A stretch of DNA of 64,000 bases from a virus (Duplodnaviria; Caudoviricetes): the IMG/VR virus record IMGVR_UViG_3300048861_000043, positions 3,178 through 67,177 of that record. One strand, given 5' to 3'. The first letter of the stretch is position 1. Each line of letters starts with the position of its first letter. The translations under genes were made by a program, and so were the position numbers. Positions 36,261 to 44,403 of the stretch are shown here, piece by piece. Under the pieces are notes generated by a model. The model was not told the DNA's origin and searched no databases. It saw nothing but the letters and a program-made list of their open reading frames with translations.

Positions 36261-36855
36261 TGATCCTCCTGGTGAGCTTTGCCGTTAGGCGCATTACGTG
36301 TTTCAGTTCGGGCGGGTAGCGGTGGACGCTGTTGGCCGTCATCAGTTCGGCGCGGTTCTGCAAGAACAGGTTTTCAAGCGCGCAATTCTGTTTGTTGCCA
36401 TCTCGGAATCGGAGCGCATAGCCTTCTGGCAAATCCCGACCGGCATCAAGCCAAACCTTGTGATGCAGCAAATCCCAAGCACGCGGCTCTGCGATCTTGA
36501 TTTCGACATAGCCGTCTTTGAGAATCCGGGTAGAGCCGACAGGAACGTGATTCTTGGGCAATCGTCCTTTTCGGAACCGGCCAGCCTCAGACCCTTCCGG
36601 TGAAAAGCCCCTCAAACCCTTGTTCCATGTTTCATGCCCCTTCTTGAAACGCGTAGCGATGCTGCTGTTTTTGTTCAGTCGTCCCGCGGCAGCAGTCAAC
36701 AAATATTCGGGCGTCTTTTTAAGGCCTAGAATATTGGCCATTGCGTACACGCCACGATCAGTGCGCCCCATCTTTGCCGCGAGGGTTGGAGTGTGCGAAA
36801 CCGGATATTCGTGCTCGAGTATTTGAATGTCTTCGGGCGTCCAGGGCTTTTTCAC
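36247..36855 (-). CDS. HNH endonuclease family protein
   Basis: PW..E...F.KG...WNKG...P.GS.R...DGY.E.K...H..VW...F.DGN..NC..ENL. Confidence 0.85.
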   Translation of the reverse strand: MKKPWTPEDIQILEHEYPVSHTPTLAAKMGRTDRGVYAMANILGLKKTPEYLLTAAAGRLNKNSSIATRFKKGHETWNKGLRGFSPEGSEAGRFRKGRLPKNHVPVGSTRILKDGYVEIKIAEPRAWDLLHHKVWLDAGRDLPEGYALRFRDGNKQNCALENLFLQNRAELMTANSVHRYPPELKHVMRLTAKLTRRINEEH

Positions 36856-37289
36856 GCGGCCTCCTTCTCTGCATATTCCTGAACCCGCACCGCAACGTGC
36901 GGAACGGTCCCGTATTGCTTCACGATGGTTGCGGAGACGATCAACTTGTCATCCGAATAAACTATGCCGTTCATCGCGTCGGCGATCGCCTTGCAGACGT
37001 TGTCGAGATCGGGCTTGACCGTTGCCCCAATCAGGCCGCGAACCGCGAGGTCTTGGCGCCTCTTCGACCAGCTAGCCGGAATAGGCATGTTCATCGTCAG
37101 CAGGAGGGCGACAGGGCGCTTCATCGGTGCGGCGCCGGCCATCGCCTCGGCGGCTGCCAGCTTGACCAAGTTCTCGTAGTTCGCCGTCTTCTCAGGCGTG
37201 TAGGTGCTGACGTGCGCCCCCATACGCTTGAACTTCGGACGGCCCTTGCCGACCGGCACCCCAGGGATGGTGAAACAGATGCCGTTCAT
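36852..37289 (-). CDS. rusA: RusA-family Holliday junction resolvase
   Basis: PG.PVGKGRP...YTP.KT..YE...KPD.DN..K...DA.NG..Y.DD. Confidence 0.92.
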   Translation of the reverse strand: MNGICFTIPGVPVGKGRPKFKRMGAHVSTYTPEKTANYENLVKLAAAEAMAGAAPMKRPVALLLTMNMPIPASWSKRRQDLAVRGLIGATVKPDLDNVCKAIADAMNGIVYSDDKLIVSATIVKQYGTVPHVAVRVQEYAEKEAA

Positions 37290-37444
37290 TACTTCGCCTC
37301 CCACTTAGAGCATGTGTGACGTCCGCCGACGAAATGCCACGTCGGAAGGTGAAAGCAATTGCGCAGACCAACCTTGTAGTGCGCGTTGTTGCCGGGCGCC
37401 GTTGTCGCGTGCCGACATGTTCTGCAAATTTTCTCGGTGCTCAT
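37289..37444 (-). CDS. Small Cys-rich protein (51 aa)
   Basis: Own translation MSTEKICRTCRHA...GLRNC...HTC.KW; ATGA/TAATG coupling. Confidence 0.6.
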   Translation of the reverse strand: MSTEKICRTCRHATTAPGNNAHYKVGLRNCFHLPTWHFVGGRHTCSKWEAK

Positions 37445-38181
37445 GCTTCTTTCCCCGTCGCATTGAAGATCGCCTGACGCGCGATATTCAGTTTGTTCAG
37501 CGGCACCTTGCCGGTCTTCTTGTCGTCATTGACAATTGCCCATGCCCAACCGATATTGGCGCCGCCCGGAGTACGCTTGAACGCTGCGGACGCTCCCAAC
37601 TCCTGGAGCTTCTGTGCGCCATACTCGCGGGTTGATTCGGCTGCGCCAGGAGCAACAAGTGCTGGCACGCGCTCCGGAACTGGCAGCACTTCGCCCTCCA
37701 TAACCTTCTTCAGCGCCGACTCAAAGCGGGGTTTGATGCTGGAAAACGACTGGCTGATCATGTCGAATTCGCCCACCTTGACTGCTGCCCAGTAGATCGC
37801 AGGATTGCTCCAGGAGTCTTTGCCATGCTGGCGCTTGCGCATCTGTTCGATGGCTTCGTAGATCGCAGCATCGACGTTGATGGCCGGCTTGCATGCCTTT
37901 AGGAACTCAGTGAGCGACGGCGGCCAGTCGTATGACTTGCGGCATGCCTTCAGGCCGTCCGAGATCATTTGCGGCGTCAGGCCTTCTTCATCGAACGCCT
38001 CCGACCACGATTCGCGCCAGTTCGAAATCGCCTGCTCGCTTGCGAAGGAAGCGCGCCAGCGGTTCGGATAGGAGCCGTCGAAACGGTTGAACAGGTGGTC
38101 CATGAGCGAGATCCCGAGTTTCGGATGCAGATCAAGCCACAGGCTTTGTTTAAACGTCGATGTAGTCGTCGGGGCGTTCAT
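37441..38181 (-). CDS. Replication protein P-like (helicase loader)
   Basis: LF.R..G.YP..W...W..AF....LT..MI..G...CR....WPPSL.EF...C; follows initiator. Confidence 0.75.
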   Translation of the reverse strand: MNAPTTTSTFKQSLWLDLHPKLGISLMDHLFNRFDGSYPNRWRASFASEQAISNWRESWSEAFDEEGLTPQMISDGLKACRKSYDWPPSLTEFLKACKPAINVDAAIYEAIEQMRKRQHGKDSWSNPAIYWAAVKVGEFDMISQSFSSIKPRFESALKKVMEGEVLPVPERVPALVAPGAAESTREYGAQKLQELGASAAFKRTPGGANIGWAWAIVNDDKKTGKVPLNKLNIARQAIFNATGKEA

Positions 38182-39022
38182 GGTCGTTACTCGCTCGGTT
38201 TTTGTTCACGTAGGCGACAGGGTCGAACTTCTGCGCCTTCCCACCGCTCGGAGCCTTAGCCCCGCTTGCCTTCAAATTCGATGCTTCTGCTGCCCAGCGC
38301 TCGATAATCGAAACGATGTAGCCCGCAGCAACGCGCTCATTGGGCTTGGACTTCTTTGCTGCTTCGCAGGCAGCCTTCACCGTCTCCGGCAGAACGCCTT
38401 GTTCTGCAAGGGCGACGATCCTTGGATCGGCAGGGCTTGTATCGATGCTGAACTCCCGCATAACTCGAGTTAGCTGGGCCGCGCGTATCGGGTGCACGTT
38501 CGTGCCACCTACCTCAACCTCACTACGGACGGTGTTAGAACCCATCGAAGTAGAAGACGAAGAAGAAGACGTAGTTGAAGGGGGGGGTTCTTCGTCACCC
38601 GCAAGGGGGGTTTCAAAACCCCCCTTATTCTTAGGAGGACGCCCCCCTTTCTTTCCGTGTTCCGCGCCTTTTGCTCCATGTTCAGAACCGGCCTTTCCAC
38701 CCTCGGCGCGAATGTTTCGAACGTATTCGTCTTTCACCATGCGACGAGAGTAAATCCGCCCTTCGGAGTCCCGACTGAAGACTCCGGCATCTTCCAGTTC
38801 CTGAAGAAGCTTTTTGACGCCCTTTTCAGACTCACCAACAAGGCGCGAGAGTTGAGGTGCGCCCATGGGCTTGCCATTCACCGAGAGCGTCCCGTACGGG
38901 TCGCATTCATGCATGATGCACATCATCTCTGCCCACAAGCCGCGCGAGCACAGGGAGCAGCTTTGCAAGGCTGCATCCTTACGCCAGTCGGCCGGGTAAA
39001 ACTGGAAAGCTGGTCGCTTCAT
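38150..39022 (-). CDS. Replication initiator (O-like)
   Basis: KRPAFQFYP.DW...CS...RG.W..M.C.MH...PYG.L...L.EL...GV....YSRRMV.D. Confidence 0.85.
   Translation of the reverse strand: MKRPAFQFYPADWRKDAALQSCSLCSRGLWAEMMCIMHECDPYGTLSVNGKPMGAPQLSRLVGESEKGVKKLLQELEDAGVFSRDSEGRIYSRRMVKDEYVRNIRAEGGKAGSEHGAKGAEHGKKGGRPPKNKGGFETPLAGDEEPPPSTTSSSSSSTSMGSNTVRSEVEVGGTNVHPIRAAQLTRVMREFSIDTSPADPRIVALAEQGVLPETVKAACEAAKKSKPNERVAAGYIVSIIERWAAEASNLKASGAKAPSGGKAQKFDPVAYVNKNRASNDHERPDDYIDV
38578..38651. repeat. Candidate replication-origin iterons inside initiator gene
   Basis: AAGGGGGG(GG)TT at 38578 and 38603 mirrored by (AAA)CCCCCCTT ending at 38626 and 38649; adjacent purine-rich tract. Confidence 0.45.
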
Positions 39023-39285
39023 TAAAGCCATTCCTCGGGCGTCCGAGCGCCTTTGTCGTGATTGCAATCCGCGCACGCCGGAACGAGGTTTTCGAATCTG
39101 TTCGAACCTCCACGCGAGCGGGGCACTACGTGATCAATTTCCCAATGGCCCTCTAGCGAAACGCTGCAGTAGAAGCAGAAACCGCCAGTCTTAGCCAAGA
39201 CTTCAAGCCGACGTGCAGCGCGACGGGCACGGTTCCGATCAAGCATCCGGCTGTATGCTGAGACTTGGCCTGCCGCAGCATTCAT
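39022..39285 (-). CDS. Small HNH endonuclease
   Basis: C.YC...IDHV.P.SRGGS...NLV.AC..CN..KG; start re-called at 39285. Confidence 0.85.
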   Translation of the reverse strand: MNAAAGQVSAYSRMLDRNRARRAARRLEVLAKTGGFCFYCSVSLEGHWEIDHVVPRSRGGSNRFENLVPACADCNHDKGARTPEEWL

Positions 39286-39449
39286 CACATCGCTCCAATC
39301 AATTCGAGACCACCCAACATCAGGCACAGCGCAAGCAGACTCACGAGCACACAGAACATCGGGACGCCGATATCGTTCGATTCGGTGAGGTCTGCCCTCG
39401 GCGAAAGGAACGAAAGGCACCAGCGGATGCGCTGCAGGGCAGTGGTCAT
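39285..39449 (-). CDS. Small membrane protein (54 aa)
   Basis: Own translation MTTALQRIRWC...MFCVLVSLLALCLMLGG; coupled on both sides. Confidence 0.55.
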   Translation of the reverse strand: MTTALQRIRWCLSFLSPRADLTESNDIGVPMFCVLVSLLALCLMLGGLELIGAM

Positions 39450-39640
39450 GCTGCTTCAGGCCCGCAGTGCATTTCAATGAAGTCGCGCGGATTGATGCGG
39501 AAATGCTCGACTTCGCGCTCGCTCATCCAGGCGCCCTGGACAACGCGATCCTGTTGCGCACCGACATACCGCGTGTAACGCTGCAGTGCGGTATCAATCA
39601 CAACCAGCGCGAGGCGCTTAGGGTCTTTCACGATGCTCAT
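39446..39640 (-). CDS. Hypothetical protein
   Basis: 64 aa; GGAG RBS. Confidence 0.6.
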   Translation of the reverse strand: MSIVKDPKRLALVVIDTALQRYTRYVGAQQDRVVQGAWMSEREVEHFRINPRDFIEMHCGPEAA

Positions 39641-39709
39641 GCTGCTCTCCGTGGCGTTAGTACAACTACTTAGGGTTAGGGGCGCCGACCGGTCCGACCG
39701 GCGCTTACT

Positions 39710-39898
39710 TCAGTGTTGCGGTTCCTGCATGGACTGGAGAATTAGATGGCCTGCCAACGCGAAAGCCACCATCAATTCGTAATCAGTCTCGATCCTTTTT
39801 TCCAACTCCCGCTCCAGCGCGTTTTTGTCATCCCCCACCCGCTTTCGGGCGTCCTCTACAGCCTTGCGGCCGATCTGAAGCGCCTCACCTTCTGTCAT
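39710..39898 (-). CDS. Hypothetical protein
   Basis: 62 aa in early-right operon. Confidence 0.6.
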   Translation of the reverse strand: MTEGEALQIGRKAVEDARKRVGDDKNALERELEKRIETDYELMVAFALAGHLILQSMQEPQH

Positions 39899-39899
39899 T

Positions 39900-40298
39900 T
39901 CATAGGCCCCTCTGTGTCGTGATTACTTCTTCCATCAGTGTCAACATCGCCATACGCGCCAACCACTGTGAAACGGCGCGATTCCCAACTTCCCTTTCGA
40001 ACTCTGAGATGTAGCGCGCCGGCAGATCCTGGCGCGGCTTGCCATGTCGGTCGACAGGCTCCCGGTTGAGCATGTTCGACATGTGCGAGCCCTTGATCTC
40101 GAGCTTCTCAGCGAGCGTTCTTTGCGTCATGCCGCGGAATGCCCGGTGTTCCCACGCGAGGCAAACGGCATCACGGAAAGATGCGCAAGCGGCAATTGCC
40201 TCCTTCGGAAGAAAGCGCGCGGACGAAGGAGTAAATCCGCGCGGATCGGTCTCTAAGGCTTGTGCAGCGGCCTTGTTCGGCGTTTGTTGCGTCTGCAT
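39900..40298 (-). CDS. cII-position HTH transcriptional regulator
   Basis: MTQRTLAE.L.I..SH.SNMLN HTH; directly downstream of cro. Confidence 0.7.
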   Translation of the reverse strand: MQTQQTPNKAAAQALETDPRGFTPSSARFLPKEAIAACASFRDAVCLAWEHRAFRGMTQRTLAEKLEIKGSHMSNMLNREPVDRHGKPRQDLPARYISEFEREVGNRAVSQWLARMAMLTLMEEVITTQRGL

Positions 40299-40412
40299 CG
40301 GTTAGTCCCTGATAGTTAAATACAAAGGCTTTACGACTGGAATTACGAGTTAAGGAAGGAGCCAAATGAAGGGGTCCTAAGACCCCTCACGAAACTAATG
40401 AAAACTAGTCGT

Positions 40413-40748
40413 CTATTTTTTTGTGTCATCCTTATCGACACTGCCGCCCAGCGGCTGAACATCATCGCTAGCCGCGCTGTCATGCATGACACCGTTACCT
40501 TGGAATTCGCTATCCGCGATAGACTGGGCAGAGCTGCGGATGTAGGCCCAATCAACATCGGGTCGCAAGTCCTCAACGCGAACCGCGCCCTTGGATGCCT
40601 TCTCAATTTCGATGGCCATCGACTCATTGCAACGGCGCTGTTTGTAGGCGATCTGCCAGAGATAAGCGGCGGAAGTGCCGACCTGAGCTGCCAGTTGCTC
40701 GCGCTCATCTTTGGTCAGGGCTTTGAAGTAGGTGCGAAAGGTATCCAT
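40413..40748 (-). CDS. cro: Cro/YdaS-like repressor with acidic C-terminal tail
   Basis: LA..VGTS..YL.QIAY..R...A..IE.AS.G.V....LRPD.DW; divergent from cI. Confidence 0.85.
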   Translation of the reverse strand: MDTFRTYFKALTKDEREQLAAQVGTSAAYLWQIAYKQRRCNESMAIEIEKASKGAVRVEDLRPDVDWAYIRSSAQSIADSEFQGNGVMHDSAASDDVQPLGGSVDKDDTKK

Positions 40749-40753
40749 GGCTC

Positions 40754-40851
40754 TAACGATAGCATTTGCTCTCGCATAGCGCAAGCACTTGCTCGCAAAA
40801 CAATAACTTTTGCGATCACAGCAAATGCTAGTTTTCAGTTTTAATACCGTT
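40754..40851. promoter_or_regulatory. oR region: three AGCA-NN-TGCT operators, pR and pRM
   Basis: Operators at 40761, 40784, 40820; TCGCAAAA-N7-TTTTGCGA palindrome 40793-40815; pR TTGCGC-17-TATCGT on minus strand. Confidence 0.75.
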
Positions 40852-41655
40852 ATGGATATCGACGCACACCGCCGAGCGCGGCTTCAGGAACTGGTCGACA
40901 AGGAGGCAGATGGCATCGTCGCGGAATTCGCGCGGCGGCATCCGAACGGTCCGGACGCGACCAGGTTACGGCAAATGCTGAACGCCAACTACCGCGGAGG
41001 AAACGGCTTTAAAGAGGGTGCCGCACGCAAGTTGGAAAAGGCCCTGGGCCTGCCGCGGCTATATTTCGATTTCGGCATCGAGAGCGCGCTTGCGGCCAAC
41101 CACATTTCAGCGCCTGCTGATATATCGAAGAAGAGTCACATTTCGGGCATCATTGAGGATTCATCTGGCGGTTTGAGGCCTACGCTAGGCGAACAAGGTC
41201 TTCCCAATCCAACCCCGGATGAGTACGTGCTAGTTCCCCAATTAAATATTGAGGCCGCCTGTGGCGAGGGCAGGTTTCATGACCACGTAATCGTGGATGG
41301 CGGCAAGACGTTCGCCAAGAGCGAGCTTCGAGACTTGGGTGTGCCAGAATATGCAGCTCGGTTGATATACGCGGCCGGTGGCAGCATGTCTCCTAAGATC
41401 CAGGATGGCCGAGCTGTGCTTATAAACCTTATGGATCGGGAGCCCCGCGACAATAAGATTTATGCCATCTGCATGCCGGATGATGGCCTCGTACTAAAAC
41501 GGCTTATTTGGGATTTTCACCCAGCAGTAGGCCAACAGACATGGATTATCCGAAGCGACAACCCGGATAAGGCAGCGTTCCCGGACAAGCTCCTGCCACC
41601 TGACGACCGTACGATGATCGCCGGCCGCGCCGTTTGGACTGATAGCTTGCTTTAG
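40852..41655 (+). CDS. cI: CI-like repressor with S24 autopeptidase domain
   Basis: N-terminal HTH; EAACG cleavage region; GGSM (Ser) and LKRL (Lys) catalytic motifs. Confidence 0.92.
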   Translation: MDIDAHRRARLQELVDKEADGIVAEFARRHPNGPDATRLRQMLNANYRGGNGFKEGAARKLEKALGLPRLYFDFGIESALAANHISAPADISKKSHISGIIEDSSGGLRPTLGEQGLPNPTPDEYVLVPQLNIEAACGEGRFHDHVIVDGGKTFAKSELRDLGVPEYAARLIYAAGGSMSPKIQDGRAVLINLMDREPRDNKIYAICMPDDGLVLKRLIWDFHPAVGQQTWIIRSDNPDKAAFPDKLLPPDDRTMIAGRAVWTDSLL

Positions 41656-41674
41656 AAAACCAAAAAGTACACAA

Positions 41675-41971
41675 ATGGATCAACCACAGGACAAAGTCCA
41701 CTCACCGAAGAAAGCCGCTTTGTCTATTTATAACGCCGTCCTGGCCTTCGTCGTGCACGCCATCGGTGGTGCCGTCGTCTTCATGGTGTTGGCGGGCCTG
41801 GCGTTTGGCCTGGGACAGTTTGTGCATCACCTTGGAGTCTGGGGAGCGGATCCCATATTGGTTACTTGTCTAGGAGCGCTAGAGTACGTAATCTTCGGTG
41901 CTGACGCTTTGTGCATGCTATTCTTCATCTACAGCGCAGTGCGAGCTGCCTACGCGGAGATAAAGCAATGA
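41675..41971 (+). CDS. cI-cotranscribed membrane protein (2 TM)
   Basis: Two long hydrophobic segments; 19 nt after cI. Confidence 0.75.
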   Translation: MDQPQDKVHSPKKAALSIYNAVLAFVVHAIGGAVVFMVLAGLAFGLGQFVHHLGVWGADPILVTCLGALEYVIFGADALCMLFFIYSAVRAAYAEIKQ

Positions 41972-42159
41972 AAGATTCCCTTAAGGTGATTGTTGAGGCG
42001 GCGAAGGAAACGCCCAGGCTGTATTTTGCTCCGATCATTGGAGCCCTACACGCAGTCTCGAAAGTGCAAGATCAGATGATCCGCACACAGCGCGATAGCG
42101 GATCCGGTGAATTTGGGCGGTTCGTCGTCAAAGATCGTAATCCGCACAAAGAAAAATAA
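41968..42159 (+). CDS. cI-cotranscribed small protein
   Basis: ATGA coupling; MKDSLKVIVEAAKETPRLYFAP... Confidence 0.7.
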   Translation: MKDSLKVIVEAAKETPRLYFAPIIGALHAVSKVQDQMIRTQRDSGSGEFGRFVVKDRNPHKEK

Positions 42160-42166
42160 CACGTCC

Positions 42167-42259
42167 ACGGCGGAAGCCGTCTTGAGTCTGTCGCACTTCG
42201 GTGCGACAGCGGCCCCAGCCGGGGCGTCGAACTGAGCCCAGCCCCGCGCTGGGCTTTTT
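42167..42259 (+). terminator. Three stable hairpins plus intrinsic terminator ending cI operon
   Basis: ACGGC-GGAA-GCCGT; CTGTCGCAC-TTCG-GTGCGACAG; GCCCC-AGCC-GGGGC; AGCCCAGC/GCTGGGCT plus TTTT. Confidence 0.75.
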
Positions 42260-42335
42260 CATATCCCCCCCCTGCTGCTCGCGCGGCATCCTCCCTCACC
42301 GAAAGCAACGATAAAAAAATTTATCGATAAACGAT

Positions 42336-42373
42336 AGCTTTTGCTTGCGTTGCGCGAAAGCGTTTGCTATTGT
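42336..42373 (+). promoter_or_regulatory. oL/pL: two operators and early promoter
   Basis: AGCTTTTGCT 42336 and AGCGTTTGCT 42359 (23-bp spacing as at oR); TTGCGT-17-TATTGT with extended -10 TG. Confidence 0.7.
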
Positions 42374-42431
42374 TCTTCTCAGACGCAGCACAACACCACA
42401 CGCAGCACCAAACGCTAAACCGGAGAGAGTG

Positions 42432-42653
42432 ATGAGCAAGATCAAGGGCTACACGGACAAAGAGATCACAGACCGCGTTCAGGTGATGGATTTCCTTGAA
42501 GCCAATCAAGACGAACTGCAATCGCTCATGAAGCTCAGGGGTATGACTGAGGAACAGCCCGGTTACACGGCTTTCGTAATGAACTTCGTGCGCAACAAAC
42601 TGCGCGACGAGGATCTCCGAAACGAATTCGTGACTCAGCATTGCTTGGCATAA
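42432..42653 (+). CDS. First early-left gene, hypothetical
   Basis: GGAG RBS; MSKIKGYTDKEITDRV... Confidence 0.7.
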   Translation: MSKIKGYTDKEITDRVQVMDFLEANQDELQSLMKLRGMTEEQPGYTAFVMNFVRNKLRDEDLRNEFVTQHCLA

Positions 42654-42699
42654 CAGGTCGAAACCGCCGCAGATCACCGCGGCAACAAGGGGAAGGGAA

Positions 42700-42876
42700 A
42701 TGCGCGAATGGCTTGTGATGATTTACGCGGGTGAATATCACACGAACCCAACGTGGGTGCTTTCGGTAAGCGCTGATAGCAAGGCGATGGCGATATCGAC
42801 GGCAATGTGGCTTTTCAAGGGTTCAGCAGAGTACACGGATTCGATCAATCGGATCGAGGCTGAGGAAGCTATTTAA
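42700..42876 (+). CDS. Small hypothetical protein (58 aa)
   Basis: Own translation MREWLVMIYAGEYH...; AAGGGG RBS. Confidence 0.6.
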   Translation: MREWLVMIYAGEYHTNPTWVLSVSADSKAMAISTAMWLFKGSAEYTDSINRIEAEEAI

Positions 42877-43610
42877 CTGTTCCCACCGCTAAGCCTACGG
42901 GCTTACCAGTGCGAATAGCACCGCAGTAGAAGCAAAACGCGCAATGGCGCACCGATCCGGTGACAGCGGAACGAGTTCTTTAAGATGACCGGAAGGGATA
43001 CCCGTAAGGGAGCGCCCAACGTCCTACCGCTGAAAAGATCGGGACCTATCAAACCGTGGTGGTTCGGCTAGTGATCCACGGTGTGATTGAGCAGTACCCG
43101 CCAGACCGGCCAATAGATGCACGGTCGGTCTGGATGCAGGTTTTCGTGAATGGCGTTGTGCGGCGCGGAGAATCGTAGACGCGCAGGGACATCCTAACCG
43201 ACATTGCGAGCGGAGTAGCCGGAGTTACACGACCGGCCATAGCGCCATTCACGAAGCACTGCAGTTTTGATGGAATCGGAATGCGCAGGCTGATGCGCAG
43301 TTATTCGGGTAACGAACGGGCGATTCAATGCGGCTGGCTGTAAGACAAGGCTCGTAAATAGAAGGTAAGCCAGCATCGCCCGATAAATTCGGTGGACATC
43401 CATATTCCCTCGCATGAGGTGGAGCCTATACCGAACATAGTTCAAGTCGGAGATCAGCACCGGCCCGATTCCCTGAAAGCTGCAACACCAAGCACGCTGA
43501 ATTGTGCCGGTTGGGCCTCCGCACAGAGGTCCCTTACTTATGTGCATGGGATAGACCAACACAGCCGGTACTTCTGAGCGGGGCTTATACGAGTGAATTG
43601 TCAAGTTAGT
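42877..43610 (+). ncRNA. ~730-nt structured non-coding RNA cluster including C4/CI-like antisense RNA units
   Basis: No credible plus-strand ORF; long stems 43143-60/43238-55, 43272-79/43465-72, 43317-24/43375-82; UACG/GUAA/UUCG loops; loop-loop complementarities. Confidence 0.65.
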
Positions 43611-43630
43611 AGTGCTTATCGGAGAAGACT

Positions 43631-43801
43631 ATGGGTGATATGGGTGATTCAGAACCGACCTATGCCGACTACACGGCAAGCGAGATCCGAGAATTTCTGG
43701 ATGCGTGCGACGACATGGGCGAGGGGCTAGATAGTCTGCTGGGAGACGGCGAAATAGCCGTCAACATCATCCGCGATCTTTTGGCCGCGCTGGCCGGCTA
43801 A
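43631..43801 (+). CDS. Small acidic protein (56 aa)
   Basis: GGAG RBS; MGDMGDSEPTYADY... Confidence 0.55.
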   Translation: MGDMGDSEPTYADYTASEIREFLDACDDMGEGLDSLLGDGEIAVNIIRDLLAALAG

Positions 43802-43825
43802 TCTCGCCCCCCCCTAGGAGCCCAC

Positions 43826-43978
43826 CATGCCCGCCCAACGCGCAGTGCACAGAATCATGCAAATAGCAGTAGAGAGATTGCAGCACCTCGGTCTCGTGTA
43901 CAGAGTCGATCGCGTGACGCGCACGGGCAGGGTGCTGGATTCGGAGTTCGTTCTTTTGGACCAAATCACTTGGTGCTG
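43826..43978 (+). CDS. Small hypothetical protein (50 aa)
   Basis: AGGAG RBS; MPAQRAVHRIMQ... Confidence 0.5.
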
Positions 43979-43981
43979 ACT

Positions 43982-44320
43982 ATGGACAAGATAGAAAACG
44001 GCGTCTCGGAAACAAGGCCATTCACCGCAGTGTTTCTGGGCCTCACCGCCGAAGAAGCTAGCGAAATCGTGAATCATCCGAAGTGGTCGGCGGGCTCATG
44101 GAGTCATGCGCTTGATGACCGTGACGCAGCCCGCGCTACCCGCGACGAACTGCGCGCCAGCCGGCCGAAAGCGCTGACGGACGATCAGATTGAAGACGTA
44201 GCGCGCCGTCACGGCACTGGTGGCTGGCAGTCGCTAAATGACATGAAGCGGTTCGCGCGCGCCATCATCGCCGCTACGGAGGCCAAATGCACATCAACAT
44301 CAATCTTGTCTGGGACGTGA
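43982..44320 (+). CDS. Modular hypothetical protein
   Basis: HPKWSAGSWSHA module plus LTD.QI...FARAI module typical of phage early genes. Confidence 0.65.
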   Translation: MDKIENGVSETRPFTAVFLGLTAEEASEIVNHPKWSAGSWSHALDDRDAARATRDELRASRPKALTDDQIEDVARRHGTGGWQSLNDMKRFARAIIAATEAKCTSTSILSGT

Positions 44321-44403
44321 TCATCACCTGGTCCGTCCTTGTAATCGCAGCGCTCGCGTTCAACTACGGCGCGCATCGCAATAAATTGAGGGAGGAAGCA
44401 TGA
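44287..44403 (+). CDS. Single-pass membrane peptide (38 aa)
   Basis: GGAGG RBS; MHININLVWDVIITWSVLVIAALAFNYGAH... Confidence 0.55.
   Translation: MHININLVWDVIITWSVLVIAALAFNYGAHRNKLREEA

Noticed and set aside
42188-42209. Second LexA box (CTGT...ACAG)
   Set aside because: Spacer is 14 nt, not 8; it is a UUCG hairpin
42877-43610. Known self-cleaving ribozyme (hammerhead, twister, pistol) in the RNA cluster
   Set aside because: Partial look-alikes (CUGAUGC, UAAAUAG..UAAGCC) lack the required cores and stem order; a covariance-model search is needed to exclude this fully
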